A stretch of 64,000 nt of DNA, taken from the NCBI GenBank assembly GCA_965204345.1, contig OZ241981.1, positions 704,001 to 768,000 on the forward strand, read 5' to 3'. The notes under the pieces were generated by a model that was not told the DNA's origin, searched no databases, and saw only the letters and a list, made by a program, of their open reading frames with translations. Shown here in pieces: positions 29,832 to 40,138 of this stretch; the first letter of the stretch is position 1; every line of letters begins with the position of its first letter. Source of the DNA: Nitrosopumilus sp. Lineage in GTDB: Archaea; Thermoproteota; Nitrososphaeria; Nitrososphaerales; Nitrosopumilaceae. The position numbers and the translations under genes are program-made.

Positions 29832-31394
29832 TTAAAAAGAACTAGTTCTTTTTCTGGTTTTGCTTACTATTCCATAAAACAGCATGGCAGGTGCTACAAA
29901 ATACATTCCAATGTTCATCAGGATTACGCCAATGCCATACCCCAGAACTTCTGAATCAGACTCTGCATGTTCCATTACAGACAGAGATAACAGTAACGGA
30001 GTGATTCCAATCTTTACCATCTCCTGAAATGCCGGATTCTCTCTTTGCATATCAGCAACGTATGGTGAGAATGAGTAATACAGCTGGTTAAATCCTGTCA
30101 TAAAGGACATGCCAGATGCGGTATTCATTAGCTGGTTATCCCTTATCTCTCTTAGCTGCTGAACCTGTGGTGCCATCTCTGAGCCATATGCTGCAGTTGC
30201 AATTAGACATCCTCCGGTTTCATCATCAGTATCTTTTTGTGTCATTGCATCCTGAGATTTTTCACCCATGCTTGCAGAATCCTCAGAGTTCCATAGATCT
30301 TCACCGTCATAGGTTACCTGTTTTAGTCCTGCCTGCCCGAGTTTTGTTACGTTCTCATCAAGGGGGACATAAAGCAGGCTTGATGAGAATTTCTGGCCAT
30401 CAGTAATCATCCAGTTAATCAGGTGGATTACAGCTTTTGCCTGAGACTTGCTTTCAGTGACTGATTTTAGATCATCATACACAAGAAGGTATGTAAAGCT
30501 GGCTATTGGATATGAATCAGGACCTGGTGCATTTATCAGCGATACCCCAACCCAGCTATCCTCAGCTGCAGGCAGGGTATTTGCAACTCCGCCAGAGGCA
30601 GCAGATATGCTCTCCAGGGAGGGTTCTACAAAGGCACTCTTCTCGGCGTTCTGAATTGATGCATAGCTCATTCCGGTCTGAAATGCATATGCTAGTTCAA
30701 TGTATCCAATTGCATATTCAGTAGACTTTACAATGCCTGCAACTCCCTCGTTTCCTGCGGCTGCAAGACCTGAGGGCCATGGAACAGATTTTCCTTTGCC
30801 TATCTGCTCATCCCATGTGGGACTGACTACGGAGAGGTAGTCAGTGAATATGAAGGTGGTTCCAGAGCCGTCTGATCTGTGTGCAGTTACAATATCCTTG
30901 TCAGGCAGATTCAGATCTGGATTTTCTGCTGCAATTGCAGGATCATTCCATTTTGTGATATCGCCTAAAAATATTGCAGCAACGGTGTCGCCAGTCAGTT
31001 TTAGTCCCTTCTCTGGCACCTCAGGAACGTTGTAAACTAGGACCACACCCCCAAGTGATTCAGGTATGTGCAGTGTTCCGGCAGCCAGTTCCCTTTCTGC
31101 CTGGCTCATGGGCTTGTCTGATGCTGCAAAGTTGACTGTCTTTTCAATATGCTGCTTTATGCCGCCTCCGCTTCCAATGGACTGGTAGTTGAGGTTTACA
31201 TTAGGATACTCGTTGTTGTATTCAACCCTCCACAGATCAATTAACGGAAATGGGAATGTTGCACCAGCTCCTGTCAGATTATACTCTGCATTGGGATCAG
31301 GTGCCTTAGGCACAGACTCGGCGACAGCCTCCAATGGTGGCACCATCGCAATCAGTGTTGCGATCATCAGTATAGATGTCATTTGTTTTATCAT
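29832..31394 (-). CDS. pstS: Phosphate-binding protein PstS with a C-terminal CFI-box-CTERM domain
   Basis: GAGATFP, GSGGG, HRSDGSGTT; C-terminal GGCLIATAAYGSE...YYSFSP plus a TM helix. Confidence 0.95.
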   Translation of the reverse strand: MIKQMTSILMIATLIAMVPPLEAVAESVPKAPDPNAEYNLTGAGATFPFPLIDLWRVEYNNEYPNVNLNYQSIGSGGGIKQHIEKTVNFAASDKPMSQAERELAAGTLHIPESLGGVVLVYNVPEVPEKGLKLTGDTVAAIFLGDITKWNDPAIAAENPDLNLPDKDIVTAHRSDGSGTTFIFTDYLSVVSPTWDEQIGKGKSVPWPSGLAAAGNEGVAGIVKSTEYAIGYIELAYAFQTGMSYASIQNAEKSAFVEPSLESISAASGGVANTLPAAEDSWVGVSLINAPGPDSYPIASFTYLLVYDDLKSVTESKSQAKAVIHLINWMITDGQKFSSSLLYVPLDENVTKLGQAGLKQVTYDGEDLWNSEDSASMGEKSQDAMTQKDTDDETGGCLIATAAYGSEMAPQVQQLREIRDNQLMNTASGMSFMTGFNQLYYSFSPYVADMQRENPAFQEMVKIGITPLLLSLSVMEHAESDSEVLGYGIGVILMNIGMYFVAPAMLFYGIVSKTRKRTSSF

Positions 31395-31678
31395 TGGATA
31401 ACCATAGATTCGACTTTATTTACAAATAACAAGTATAGACTATAGGAAAACAAGGTATCTATATTCACCATATAGAAATTAAGAAGATATAGAATTTGAT
31501 CGGCATTCAGATAAAGGCAATTTTTAAAATATAGTGGGATTTACTCATAGTAAACAGAATTTGCTTGGATGAGTCCTGACATTCAAAGCAAGGATGTTTT
31601 CTGATGCAAACTCATTTTTGATATGACTTTGTCTGTATCAGTTAGCAACACTCAGACTAGTTCCATACAGTAAACTAG

Positions 31679-33256
31679 TTAGTTACAGTTTACCAAAAGA
31701 TCGTTTTTAGAGTCAGCTGGGAAATAGCATCGATCAGTGCCATCACCGCCATCTAACACATCAGCACCAGAATCAGAGTATAATAGATCAGTTCCAAGAT
31801 GTCCCTTTAGAATATCGTTGCCTGAATTTCCTCGAATCATATCGTCTCCATCATTGCCATAGATGACATCATCGCCATCGCCGCCAAATATGCAGTCATT
31901 TCCCAGTCCGCCAGAGATAAGATCGTTTCCTGCCAGACCAAAGATCAGATCATCGCCATCAGTTCCAGTAAGGACATCATCGCCCAAAGTTCCCTCTATC
32001 ATGTTATAGTCAGAGTAATCATTTCCGCAGGTCTTGACTGTGACTGTATGCGTATCACTAGAAGTGTATCCGGTATAGTCAAAGGCTATCCAGATTACTG
32101 TGCTTACGCCGGGAGCAAAAGCATCAGGGGCATTGTTTATCAGGGCCTTGATTCCGCCCTCATCAGTTGCAACGGCAGTTCCAATGGATACCAATGTCAG
32201 CTTGTCTACTGCCTCAACAGTTAGTGAGGGAGGTGCAGAAATTACGGGTCTTGCATCAATGACTGGGACCACTTCTTTGGCGGCTTTGGGAATTCCAAGA
32301 TCAGTAATTACGGGTGGCTCATAAAAGGGAGTCTTGAAGGATTTAATTTTATGCGTTGCAGAATCCACAACTAGCAGCTCACCGTTGAGCCCGACTGCAA
32401 TGTCAGTTATGTGATTAAACTGGTCAGGATAAGGCCCCCTTTGTTTGATGAGGCTCAGGTTCGAATCAGAGTCCTGGGACAGGTATAAAATTCTATTATT
32501 TTCAGAATTTACAATAAACATATCGCCTGAGATATCGACTGCTATTGATTCAGGAGAGAACGCATGGTTTGATGAATGAAACACAAATGATCTTATGAAA
32601 TTTCCGCCTGCGTCAAATTTTTCTATTTTGCCATTTCCCTTATCAGTAACGTAGACATTGCCATCACTGTCAATATCAATTCCAACAGCAGTCAGAAATT
32701 CTCCCTTGCCAAATCCGCTAGAGCCAAACGAGGATATAAAGTCGCCATCAGTGGTAAACATTTGGACTCGCTGGTTGCCAGTATCAACAACATAGACGGT
32801 TCCATTATTTACTGCAATGCCGTTAGGAAAAAAGAATTGCCCATCATAGACCCCCTTTTTACCCCACTCAGATACAAATTGGCCATCAGTGGTAAATTTT
32901 TGAATTCTGTTTAAATCACGGTCTGCAACAAAGACAGAGTCGCCAGATACTGCTATCCCAGACGGATATCGAAACTCTCCGGGCAACTTGCCGCTGCTTC
33001 CCCAGTCAGTGACATACTGCCCATCACTTGATAACTTTTGCACCCTCTTGTTTCCCAAGTCACTTACAAAGACACTGCCGTCATCTCCCACTGCAATGAA
33101 CTGCGGATGGGAAAAATGTCCGGGGTCTACGATTCCAAATGTTCCCCACTCAGTCAGGTAATCATAGTCACTGAGCAGTCCAAAAGAGGCCTGAGTAAAA
33201 GAACCGGCTAATAGCAAAACAGAGAAGGCCAGAATGGCAGGTATGATTTTCAACAA
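31679..33256 (-). CDS. Secreted NHL-repeat beta-propeller with RTX/hemolysin Ca-binding repeats
   Basis: Repeated F..P.GIAV...V.D.GN.R.QKF; C-terminal GG.G.D.L nonapeptides. Confidence 0.9.
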   Translation of the reverse strand: MLKIIPAILAFSVLLLAGSFTQASFGLLSDYDYLTEWGTFGIVDPGHFSHPQFIAVGDDGSVFVSDLGNKRVQKLSSDGQYVTDWGSSGKLPGEFRYPSGIAVSGDSVFVADRDLNRIQKFTTDGQFVSEWGKKGVYDGQFFFPNGIAVNNGTVYVVDTGNQRVQMFTTDGDFISSFGSSGFGKGEFLTAVGIDIDSDGNVYVTDKGNGKIEKFDAGGNFIRSFVFHSSNHAFSPESIAVDISGDMFIVNSENNRILYLSQDSDSNLSLIKQRGPYPDQFNHITDIAVGLNGELLVVDSATHKIKSFKTPFYEPPVITDLGIPKAAKEVVPVIDARPVISAPPSLTVEAVDKLTLVSIGTAVATDEGGIKALINNAPDAFAPGVSTVIWIAFDYTGYTSSDTHTVTVKTCGNDYSDYNMIEGTLGDDVLTGTDGDDLIFGLAGNDLISGGLGNDCIFGGDGDDVIYGNDGDDMIRGNSGNDILKGHLGTDLLYSDSGADVLDGGDGTDRCYFPADSKNDLLVNCN

Positions 33257-33324
33257 ACATTCATGACAAAATTAAAGAAACATAACAAGAGTTAACTAAT
33301 GTTGCAGTTGTTGTCAACTTTATC

Positions 33325-34110
33325 TCAAAACGGCTTGTTTACTTCACGCGTAAAGACATAGCTTGCAAGCCCTACCATGACAAAGACAAAGGCAATCAGG
33401 ATGCCCAGGCTCAAAATAATTGGAATTCCGCCCTCAGATACCCCGGTCATTAGTTCCCTTACAAGCAAGACAGTGTAGGTGACAGGATTGAGTTTTGCAA
33501 TTACTGCAAGCCAGGAGGGAAGCAGTTCCAAGGGGAACAGTGCAGGGCTGAGCATGAACAAAGGCATGCCAAGAAAATTAATCATTCCCCAAAACGTCTC
33601 TTGGGATTTTGCAGTAGCCGCTATCATTACAGAGATTCCAGAAAAGCCCAATGAGAACAGGATGACTATTGCCATGATTGGCGCAATCATTACGGGATTG
33701 GGAAAACTAACGCCGATTGCAAGTGCAATTCCCAGGATCAGGCTAGCCTGCAATGCGGCAATCAGAGAGATGGCAGCCATCTTTCCCAAAGCAATTGCAG
33801 ACCTAGAGATGGGAGAAGACAAAGCCTTGTTCATAAAGCCGTACCGCCTGTCCCACAGGGTATTGACACCGCCAAATATACTGGTAAAAATTGCAGTAAG
33901 AATGATTACGCCTGGTGCCATAAATTCAATGTACTCGCCCTCAAACCCAACAGACTCAATTAGTGGCTGGGTTCCAGAAAAGGTATTTCCAATTACAATA
34001 ATCCAGATTGCAGGCTGGATTAACCTGATTAGGACGCCGCTCCGGGATTTTTTGTATCTCTTGAGCTCTCGCCAAAAAATTGTATAGGTATCATACAACA
34101 AATGATTCAT
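33325..34110 (-). CDS. ABC-2 type exporter permease
   Basis: FMAPG, DRRYGF, NPVTY motifs. Confidence 0.92.
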   Translation of the reverse strand: MNHLLYDTYTIFWRELKRYKKSRSGVLIRLIQPAIWIIVIGNTFSGTQPLIESVGFEGEYIEFMAPGVIILTAIFTSIFGGVNTLWDRRYGFMNKALSSPISRSAIALGKMAAISLIAALQASLILGIALAIGVSFPNPVMIAPIMAIVILFSLGFSGISVMIAATAKSQETFWGMINFLGMPLFMLSPALFPLELLPSWLAVIAKLNPVTYTVLLVRELMTGVSEGGIPIILSLGILIAFVFVMVGLASYVFTREVNKPF

Positions 34111-35129
34111 GCACGCAGCCTCTTCATCTTTGCATGCTCGCGTCTCCTATCAAATCCAGAGTCGCCATCCTTGATTTCGTGTCCTGTATATGAGATAAAG
34201 ACATCATCAAGTGTTGGCTGGGTCAAAGAGATTGATTTTATCTCAATGCCAAGCTCAGATGAAATCTGGAAGATTTGTGGAATTACTTTGGTTCCATTTG
34301 ATGCAAACAGGGTCAGTTTTGAGCCGTCCTCATTAATCTTATTTACAGACCCAATTTTTTTGATTTCAGACAAAAACGAGCCGTCATTGCCTGTCTCATT
34401 GGCAACCACAAGAGAGATCACCTCATTGCCCATGGCATTTTTCATGTTTTCAGGGGAGTCAATTACCTGAATCTTTCCGCCGTCAATGATTCCCACCCTG
34501 TCACAGAGCTGGTCTGCCTCCTCCATATAGTGCGTGGATACAAAGATGGTCATCTCAAACTCTGTGTGGATTTTTTTGATATATTCCCAGATCTTTCTGC
34601 GGGTCTGAATGTCCAATCCCACGGTAGGCTCATCTAGAAACAAGACCTTTGGCCTGTGCAGCAGGCCGCCTGCAATATCCAATCTCTTTCTCATGCCTCC
34701 AGAGTAAGTTACGACTGCCTGGTCCTGCTTGTCCACAAGCTCAATTAGCTCCAAAATATCATCAATTCTTGTGCTGATTTGATTTTTTGGAATATGGTTT
34801 AGTTTTGCCTGCAGTAGCAGATTTTCACGTCCCGTCAAATATTCATCAACTGTGGATTCCTGTTGGACATATCCAATGTTTTCTCGAACCTGCTTTGGAT
34901 TTGCAGTAACGTCAAATTCAGAGATTAGTGCCTGGCCAGAGGTGGGCTTTAGCAGAGTCGTCAAGATCATCATGGTGGTACTCTTGCCGGCACCATTGGG
35001 TCCCAAAAAGCCAAATATTTCGCCCTTTTTGACTTCAAATGAAATGTCATTTACAGCAGTTACATCGCCAAAGGATTTGGTAAGGGATTTTGTCTTGATG
35101 GAATGCAATACATTGATCGCAGTTCCCAA
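34107..35129 (-). CDS. ABC exporter ATP-binding protein (DrrA-like)
   Basis: GPNGAGKST, YSGGM, LDEPTVGLD, PTLDDVF. Confidence 0.95.
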   Translation of the reverse strand: MGTAINVLHSIKTKSLTKSFGDVTAVNDISFEVKKGEIFGFLGPNGAGKSTTMMILTTLLKPTSGQALISEFDVTANPKQVRENIGYVQQESTVDEYLTGRENLLLQAKLNHIPKNQISTRIDDILELIELVDKQDQAVVTYSGGMRKRLDIAGGLLHRPKVLFLDEPTVGLDIQTRRKIWEYIKKIHTEFEMTIFVSTHYMEEADQLCDRVGIIDGGKIQVIDSPENMKNAMGNEVISLVVANETGNDGSFLSEIKKIGSVNKINEDGSKLTLFASNGTKVIPQIFQISSELGIEIKSISLTQPTLDDVFISYTGHEIKDGDSGFDRRREHAKMKRLRA

Positions 35130-35199
35130 TTATAAATTGCTAAGGATTTACATTCGATCTTTGTAAAAAAATTTAAAGGCCAAATAAGGAATTCAGATT

Positions 35200-35301
35200 A
35201 TGCAAGGATTATGTCAAAAATGTCACTCATCAAATGTGGAAATAACAATACCAGAAGGGATTCCAATTTGTGAGGCCTGTCGTCTAAAGAAAACAAAGTA
35301 G
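35200..35301 (+). CDS. 33-aa zinc-ribbon microprotein
   Basis: MQGLCQKCHSSNVEITIPEGIPICEACRLKKTK*; TATA-like TTTAAA about 25 bp upstream. Confidence 0.6.
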   Translation: MQGLCQKCHSSNVEITIPEGIPICEACRLKKTK

Positions 35302-35336
35302 GCAAAAAATTCTTTTGAAAAAAAAATTAAAAGAAG

Positions 35337-35789
35337 CTATTGAAGATTCTTGAATTCTTCTCTAGTCATTCTTAAAATTACCTTTTCTCCTACTCCCCAA
35401 ATTTCAGATTTGGACAGAGTTTTAGAGTGCCTCAGGCCATGACTAATCTCGATTGTTTCCAATTCGTTAGTTTCAGAATTTTTATGCAGTTTTTTGATCT
35501 TGCCAACTTTGTGCATGTCAATATCAGTTACTGGAATTCCAATTCGGACAGGGGGCCTGCTAAGAAGCAGTGTCTTCTCAGAGAACTTGTCAATGTAATC
35601 CTCAGAGAGAAAGTAATCCCTACGGAATCCCTGATGAACAGTTACACCGTTGACGGCCAAAGTATCTTGGTTGATGTGGATATGTTTGACCCTGCCGTAT
35701 TTGATTCCCTCCCTATCTATGACTGTCTTTCCAGTAAAGGTATCTGCTGTAGCAAGATTGCTAGGCATTCCTTCTAGTTTTACGGACAT
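35337..35789 (-). CDS. Tandem PRC-barrel protein
   Basis: GKTVIDREG..YGRV and G.PV.D....VGKI repeats. Confidence 0.85.
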   Translation of the reverse strand: MSVKLEGMPSNLATADTFTGKTVIDREGIKYGRVKHIHINQDTLAVNGVTVHQGFRRDYFLSEDYIDKFSEKTLLLSRPPVRIGIPVTDIDMHKVGKIKKLHKNSETNELETIEISHGLRHSKTLSKSEIWGVGEKVILRMTREEFKNLQ

Positions 35790-35877
35790 GGTTCCAAATC
35801 AACAGATTTGCTTATGACAAGGAATATCAGAAATTTCTATCAATGGGGTTAAATTACTTGACAGGAGAGAATCACGC

Positions 35878-36195
35878 ATGAAAATCAAGGAAAAACTGTT
35901 CAGGCCCATACTGATCACGCAGGGAAGAAGGACAGGCAATGAGCATGCAGTGATGCTCAGGGCAGTGAATCATGACGGAAAGATCTATTTTTCCAGGCAC
36001 AGGCCAGACGGTGATTGGTTCAAAAATGCCATAGTTAATCCGGATGTAAAAATCAGATACAATGATGAAATTTTTACAGGCAAGGCCAAACTGGTGCAAG
36101 ACGAGCAATTAGATAGGCAAATTTCAATGCTGAAATATCCAGGAGAGGAGAGGGCCAAGGAAAAAAGAGTTACAATTGAAGTAAGCCTAGACTAG
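35878..36195 (+). CDS. Split beta-barrel (deazaflavin-dependent nitroreductase-like) protein
   Basis: T.GRRTG, DWFKN...NP.V. Confidence 0.8.
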   Translation: MKIKEKLFRPILITQGRRTGNEHAVMLRAVNHDGKIYFSRHRPDGDWFKNAIVNPDVKIRYNDEIFTGKAKLVQDEQLDRQISMLKYPGEERAKEKRVTIEVSLD

Positions 36196-37067
36196 GATTT
36201 TTTAAAAAATTTGTACAGATAATAGATAGTCATTCCACCTAAAATCAGAGTAATAATCACAAATGGGGCAAATAGATCAGAGGTGAGTGCAGCTAGTTCG
36301 TTTGAAGAGTTTGCAATATCAGCAGCCGGCTCCAAGGGTTCTTTGACAGGTATTTCAGAAGTATCCAAGTTTGATGGAGATTCAGATTCAGTAGACACGG
36401 AAGGTGATGCGCTAATGGATTCTGCTGATTCAGTAGACACGGAAGGTGATGCGCTAATGGATTCTGCTGATTCAGTAGACACGGAAGGTGATGCGCTAAT
36501 GGATTCTGCTGATTCGTCCAAATAAATCTCATCTGACTGAAAACTTTCTTCAGGTTCTCGTACAGAAGAGGGGGCACTTTTGGAGGAAATTGAATCAGAA
36601 ACAAAAGTTCGTGGTCCTTGTTGTATTTGAAATAATGAAAACAGGCCAGAAAGTCCGGTTGCAATTCCCAGTCCGACAACTTTGTAAATATGCCTAAAGG
36701 AACGAACAAGAAGTTTGCTTTCTTTGGTTTTTTCAGATAGTTTTGGCGGGACTATTACTATGCTAAACTTGGCAGCAGTGTAGATTTTCATGTCCTGAGA
36801 CTTGGAATTTTTTTCAATCTTGGAGATTTTTACAATGCCAAGAGCCTGAAGTTTGTTGATATGATATTTTACCAATTGAAGAGAAACATTGCTTTTTTGA
36901 GCAATCTGTGTTGCCGTTAGTTCTTCATTGAACAATAATTGAAGGATTTCACGACTAGAATCATTGGTAAATATCTCGCCAAACAGCTTTATCTTTTCAT
37001 CATCAGTTGCAAGAATTTTGATATCTTCAACCAAATCCTCATCAGGCAATTTATCAGATGACAACAA
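36192..37067 (-). CDS. Membrane-anchored ArsR-type HTH protein with a Ser-rich repeat loop
   Basis: SREIL..L...ATQIA....SLQLV.YHI.KL; two TM helices. Confidence 0.85.
   Translation of the reverse strand: MLSSDKLPDEDLVEDIKILATDDEKIKLFGEIFTNDSSREILQLLFNEELTATQIAQKSNVSLQLVKYHINKLQALGIVKISKIEKNSKSQDMKIYTAAKFSIVIVPPKLSEKTKESKLLVRSFRHIYKVVGLGIATGLSGLFSLFQIQQGPRTFVSDSISSKSAPSSVREPEESFQSDEIYLDESAESISASPSVSTESAESISASPSVSTESAESISASPSVSTESESPSNLDTSEIPVKEPLEPAADIANSSNELAALTSDLFAPFVIITLILGGMTIYYLYKFFKKS
36385..36515. repeat. Perfect in-frame 42-bp tandem repeat (3 copies)
   Basis: GATTCAGTAGACACGGAAGGTGATGCGCTAATGGATTCTGCT x3 (encodes AESISASPSVSTES on the - strand). Confidence 0.95.
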
Positions 37068-37218
37068 AGAGAGTAATGAAAATCTAGTATATGTAAATTG
37101 TTTGGTGAAATCTCAATTTCACTAAACCTTTTATCCCAAACTACAAAATAATAGTAATCGCTAAATGGCAGGTCTTAAAAAAGGAATATCTGCCAAGAAG
37201 TGAAGAGAGAGAAAAAAA

Positions 37219-39432
37219 ATGAATCCAAAAATAACAATACCAGCAGTGATAGCCATTTCGGTGATAGTTACAGCAGGAATAATATTTTCATCAGGATTGA
37301 ATAATCAAGCCGAGATTGTACGATCTACTGCGCCTGAAATTATTTATGTTGATAAATCACCTTCAGGATTTTTTGAAGGGACAAATGATATTAAAAAAAT
37401 ATCATCAGATGAAGAACTAAGTCGTATTCTCGAAATATCATCATCAATAGACGGATTTTTCTATAATGACAGAATGCCTCGAGTAAATATGGCACCAGGA
37501 GTCATCATGCTAGATGAATGGTCGGCAGGTGAGAGTGTTATTATTACCGAATCCTCATCACCTATAACACCAAATTCAAAGGTAGAACCAAGGGGATCAG
37601 AGCATTCAACTACAAATGTTCAAGTTGAAAATGTGGATGAGCCAGACTATCTCAAAAATGATTCAAAATATGTCTACATTGTATCACAAAATACGCTTTC
37701 AATAATTGATGCATATCCAGCAGAGTCTGCAAAGTTAATTTTAAAAATTGCATTAGATATTGAATCACAATACCTTGAGAACATGTTCCTAAATGGCGAC
37801 AGGCTAGTAATATTTTACAATGGAGAAAGCGAGGATGAAATTATTCCACAGTACGACTTTATTCCCAGGCGATCACACAGTCCAGTCACACACGCATTAA
37901 TTGTGGATGTGTCAGATAAAGAAAATCCTGCAATCCTAAAAGATTATTCCATTGATGGGCATTTTATGGATGCACGAATGATCGGAGATTATGCATACTT
38001 TGTAACAAGCAGTAATGTGGACTACCAGTACCCAGAACTTCCAGTCATAATGGAGGACTCTGCTAGAATCATGACGCCAGATGCATTTTACTTTGATAAT
38101 GCCGAACAGTTTTCAAATTTTAACACGCTAACTGCAATTGACGTCTTTGGGGATAAGATAAATTCCGAATCATTCCTAATGGGCCATACCGGAGCGTTTT
38201 ATGTATCTGAGGATAACTTTTATTTGACATACCAGCAAAACACGCCATTTGGATTTTATGAAAAGTCATCAAAAGAGAGATTCTTTGATGTAATAGTTCC
38301 ATTATTATCAAGTGACATACAAAAACAGATCAAAGTAATTCAAAACGACTCCTCCATAAACCCATCAACACAATGGATAAAAATTTCAGAATTAATGCAA
38401 AAATTCTATAATAAACTAGATAAAAATGACAGAGAGGAATTATTTGATGAGATCACCGATGCATTAGACAAATATGATGCCAAAATTCAAGAAGACACAT
38501 TAAAAACAGTAATTCACAAAATTTCAATTGATGAGGATAAGATAGAATATGTTGCCAAAGGTTCTGTTCCAGGCAGATTGTTAAACCAGTTTTCCATGGA
38601 TGAGAACAAGGACAGGTTCAGAGTTGCAACAACCACAGAACAATATATTCAACACCAAGGAACAGTTAGGGCAAATGCCGTCTATGTTTTAGATGAAGAA
38701 CTAAACATTGTAGGAGAACTAGATGAGATAGCCCCAAATGAGAGTATCTTCTCAGCACGATTCATGGGAGACAGGCTGTACTTGGTCACATTCGAACAGA
38801 TTGATCCTTTCTTTGTAATTGACTTGTCTACGGATACGCCAAAGATACTAGGGGAACTAAAAATTCCAGGATTTTCAAACTATTTGCACCCATACGATAA
38901 AGAACATATCATCGGGATAGGCAGAGATACAAAGGTTACAGGCAATGGATGGGTTGAGCAGTTAGGAGTCAAAATAGCATTGTTTAATGTCAAGGATGTG
39001 AATAATCCCAAGGTATCAGATGAGATCATAATAGGAGATAAAACAACGCATTCAGACGCACAGTACGAACACAAGGCATTCTTTTTTGATAAAAAGAGCA
39101 GAGTTTTATCAATCCCAATTAGCGGAGATGCCGAAGAACTCAACGGGTTATCATCGAAGATAGGGATTGCATCAGAGCATGAAAGATGGAATGGATTTTA
39201 CATATTTGATTTAGATAGTTTGAGCGGATTCAGCTTTAAGGGAACAGTCACCCATTCATCAGATGATCCGCATTATTATAACATGGATAATGCAAGAACA
39301 TTCTATATTGATGATGTATTGTATACTGCTTCAGAAGGATATTTGAAGATGAATGCATTAAACAACTTGGAAGAAATCAATTCAATAAAACTTCAAAACA
39401 CCGGAGTTTTCATCGATTACTTTGATGAATAA
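37219..39432 (+). CDS. Secreted beta-propeller domain protein (COG4880-like)
   Basis: STTNVQV..VDE.D..K, LLNQFSMDE, FRVATT, LGELKIPGFS.YLHP. Confidence 0.9.
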   Translation: MNPKITIPAVIAISVIVTAGIIFSSGLNNQAEIVRSTAPEIIYVDKSPSGFFEGTNDIKKISSDEELSRILEISSSIDGFFYNDRMPRVNMAPGVIMLDEWSAGESVIITESSSPITPNSKVEPRGSEHSTTNVQVENVDEPDYLKNDSKYVYIVSQNTLSIIDAYPAESAKLILKIALDIESQYLENMFLNGDRLVIFYNGESEDEIIPQYDFIPRRSHSPVTHALIVDVSDKENPAILKDYSIDGHFMDARMIGDYAYFVTSSNVDYQYPELPVIMEDSARIMTPDAFYFDNAEQFSNFNTLTAIDVFGDKINSESFLMGHTGAFYVSEDNFYLTYQQNTPFGFYEKSSKERFFDVIVPLLSSDIQKQIKVIQNDSSINPSTQWIKISELMQKFYNKLDKNDREELFDEITDALDKYDAKIQEDTLKTVIHKISIDEDKIEYVAKGSVPGRLLNQFSMDENKDRFRVATTTEQYIQHQGTVRANAVYVLDEELNIVGELDEIAPNESIFSARFMGDRLYLVTFEQIDPFFVIDLSTDTPKILGELKIPGFSNYLHPYDKEHIIGIGRDTKVTGNGWVEQLGVKIALFNVKDVNNPKVSDEIIIGDKTTHSDAQYEHKAFFFDKKSRVLSIPISGDAEELNGLSSKIGIASEHERWNGFYIFDLDSLSGFSFKGTVTHSSDDPHYYNMDNARTFYIDDVLYTASEGYLKMNALNNLEEINSIKLQNTGVFIDYFDE

Positions 39433-39445
39433 ACAATGTTTGAAT

Positions 39446-40090
39446 CTATATCAGATGGACAATAGTTGAAACGCCACGCCTGTCAATTTCAACATCATTT
39501 TCGATTTCACTTAGGGTCACAGTAAAAGAGATCACATCGCGGGATTTGGCATCTTCGGCATGAAGCTTTAGGTGAATGTCCAACATCTCTGATTCCTGTG
39601 AGGACAAGTTCTCCCCATCCAAATATGCATTACATGTAGACTCGATTCTGAACCTGTCGTCCTTAAAGTGGAATCCAAGCTTTATTTTTCTTCCTTTTCT
39701 GCCTGCGCCCTTTACGTTCACATCAATAATGCCCGGAGCAGCCTCAGTATATCCAGACTTTTTATTTACAAAGACCCCAATAGAAAGGGGCTTTCCGGCA
39801 GTGGATTCGGCCATCTTTTGTATACCGTCATTCATTACAACATCGACTGCCTGAATGGACTGTGCAACCTTTGCTATCCATTGGTTTGTTCGCGTAATGG
39901 TAGCACAGATTCCTGCACGTCTTCTTTTGTCCTCATCCTCTGGCAGTTTGTAATAATCAACCCATGCCTCATAGTCATGGGAAATATCTTCGATAAAATC
40001 AATGCAGGTTCTCTTATAGTCATCAACGTTATCAGTCCGTAATGAGGCATCATCTGTTCTCATTCCGTCATAATCCATAGGCATTGCCAT
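39446..40090 (-). CDS. Hypothetical protein
   Basis: 214-aa ORF with core-like composition. Confidence 0.75.
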   Translation of the reverse strand: MAMPMDYDGMRTDDASLRTDNVDDYKRTCIDFIEDISHDYEAWVDYYKLPEDEDKRRRAGICATITRTNQWIAKVAQSIQAVDVVMNDGIQKMAESTAGKPLSIGVFVNKKSGYTEAAPGIIDVNVKGAGRKGRKIKLGFHFKDDRFRIESTCNAYLDGENLSSQESEMLDIHLKLHAEDAKSRDVISFTVTLSEIENDVEIDRRGVSTIVHLI

Positions 40091-40138
40091 ACTCTGGATT
40101 GATCAGAGTTCTAAAAAAACCAATCTTGGGCAGAATTA

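Noticed and set aside
24874-31394. sbtAB adjacent to the pst operon and the PstS CFI-box fusion as novelty
   Set aside because: As I recall, this arrangement is ordinary for Nitrosopumilus-type genomes
31560-31610. GATGA...CTGA within a weak hairpin, possible K-turn/C-D RNA
   Set aside because: Box C incomplete and spacing does not fit
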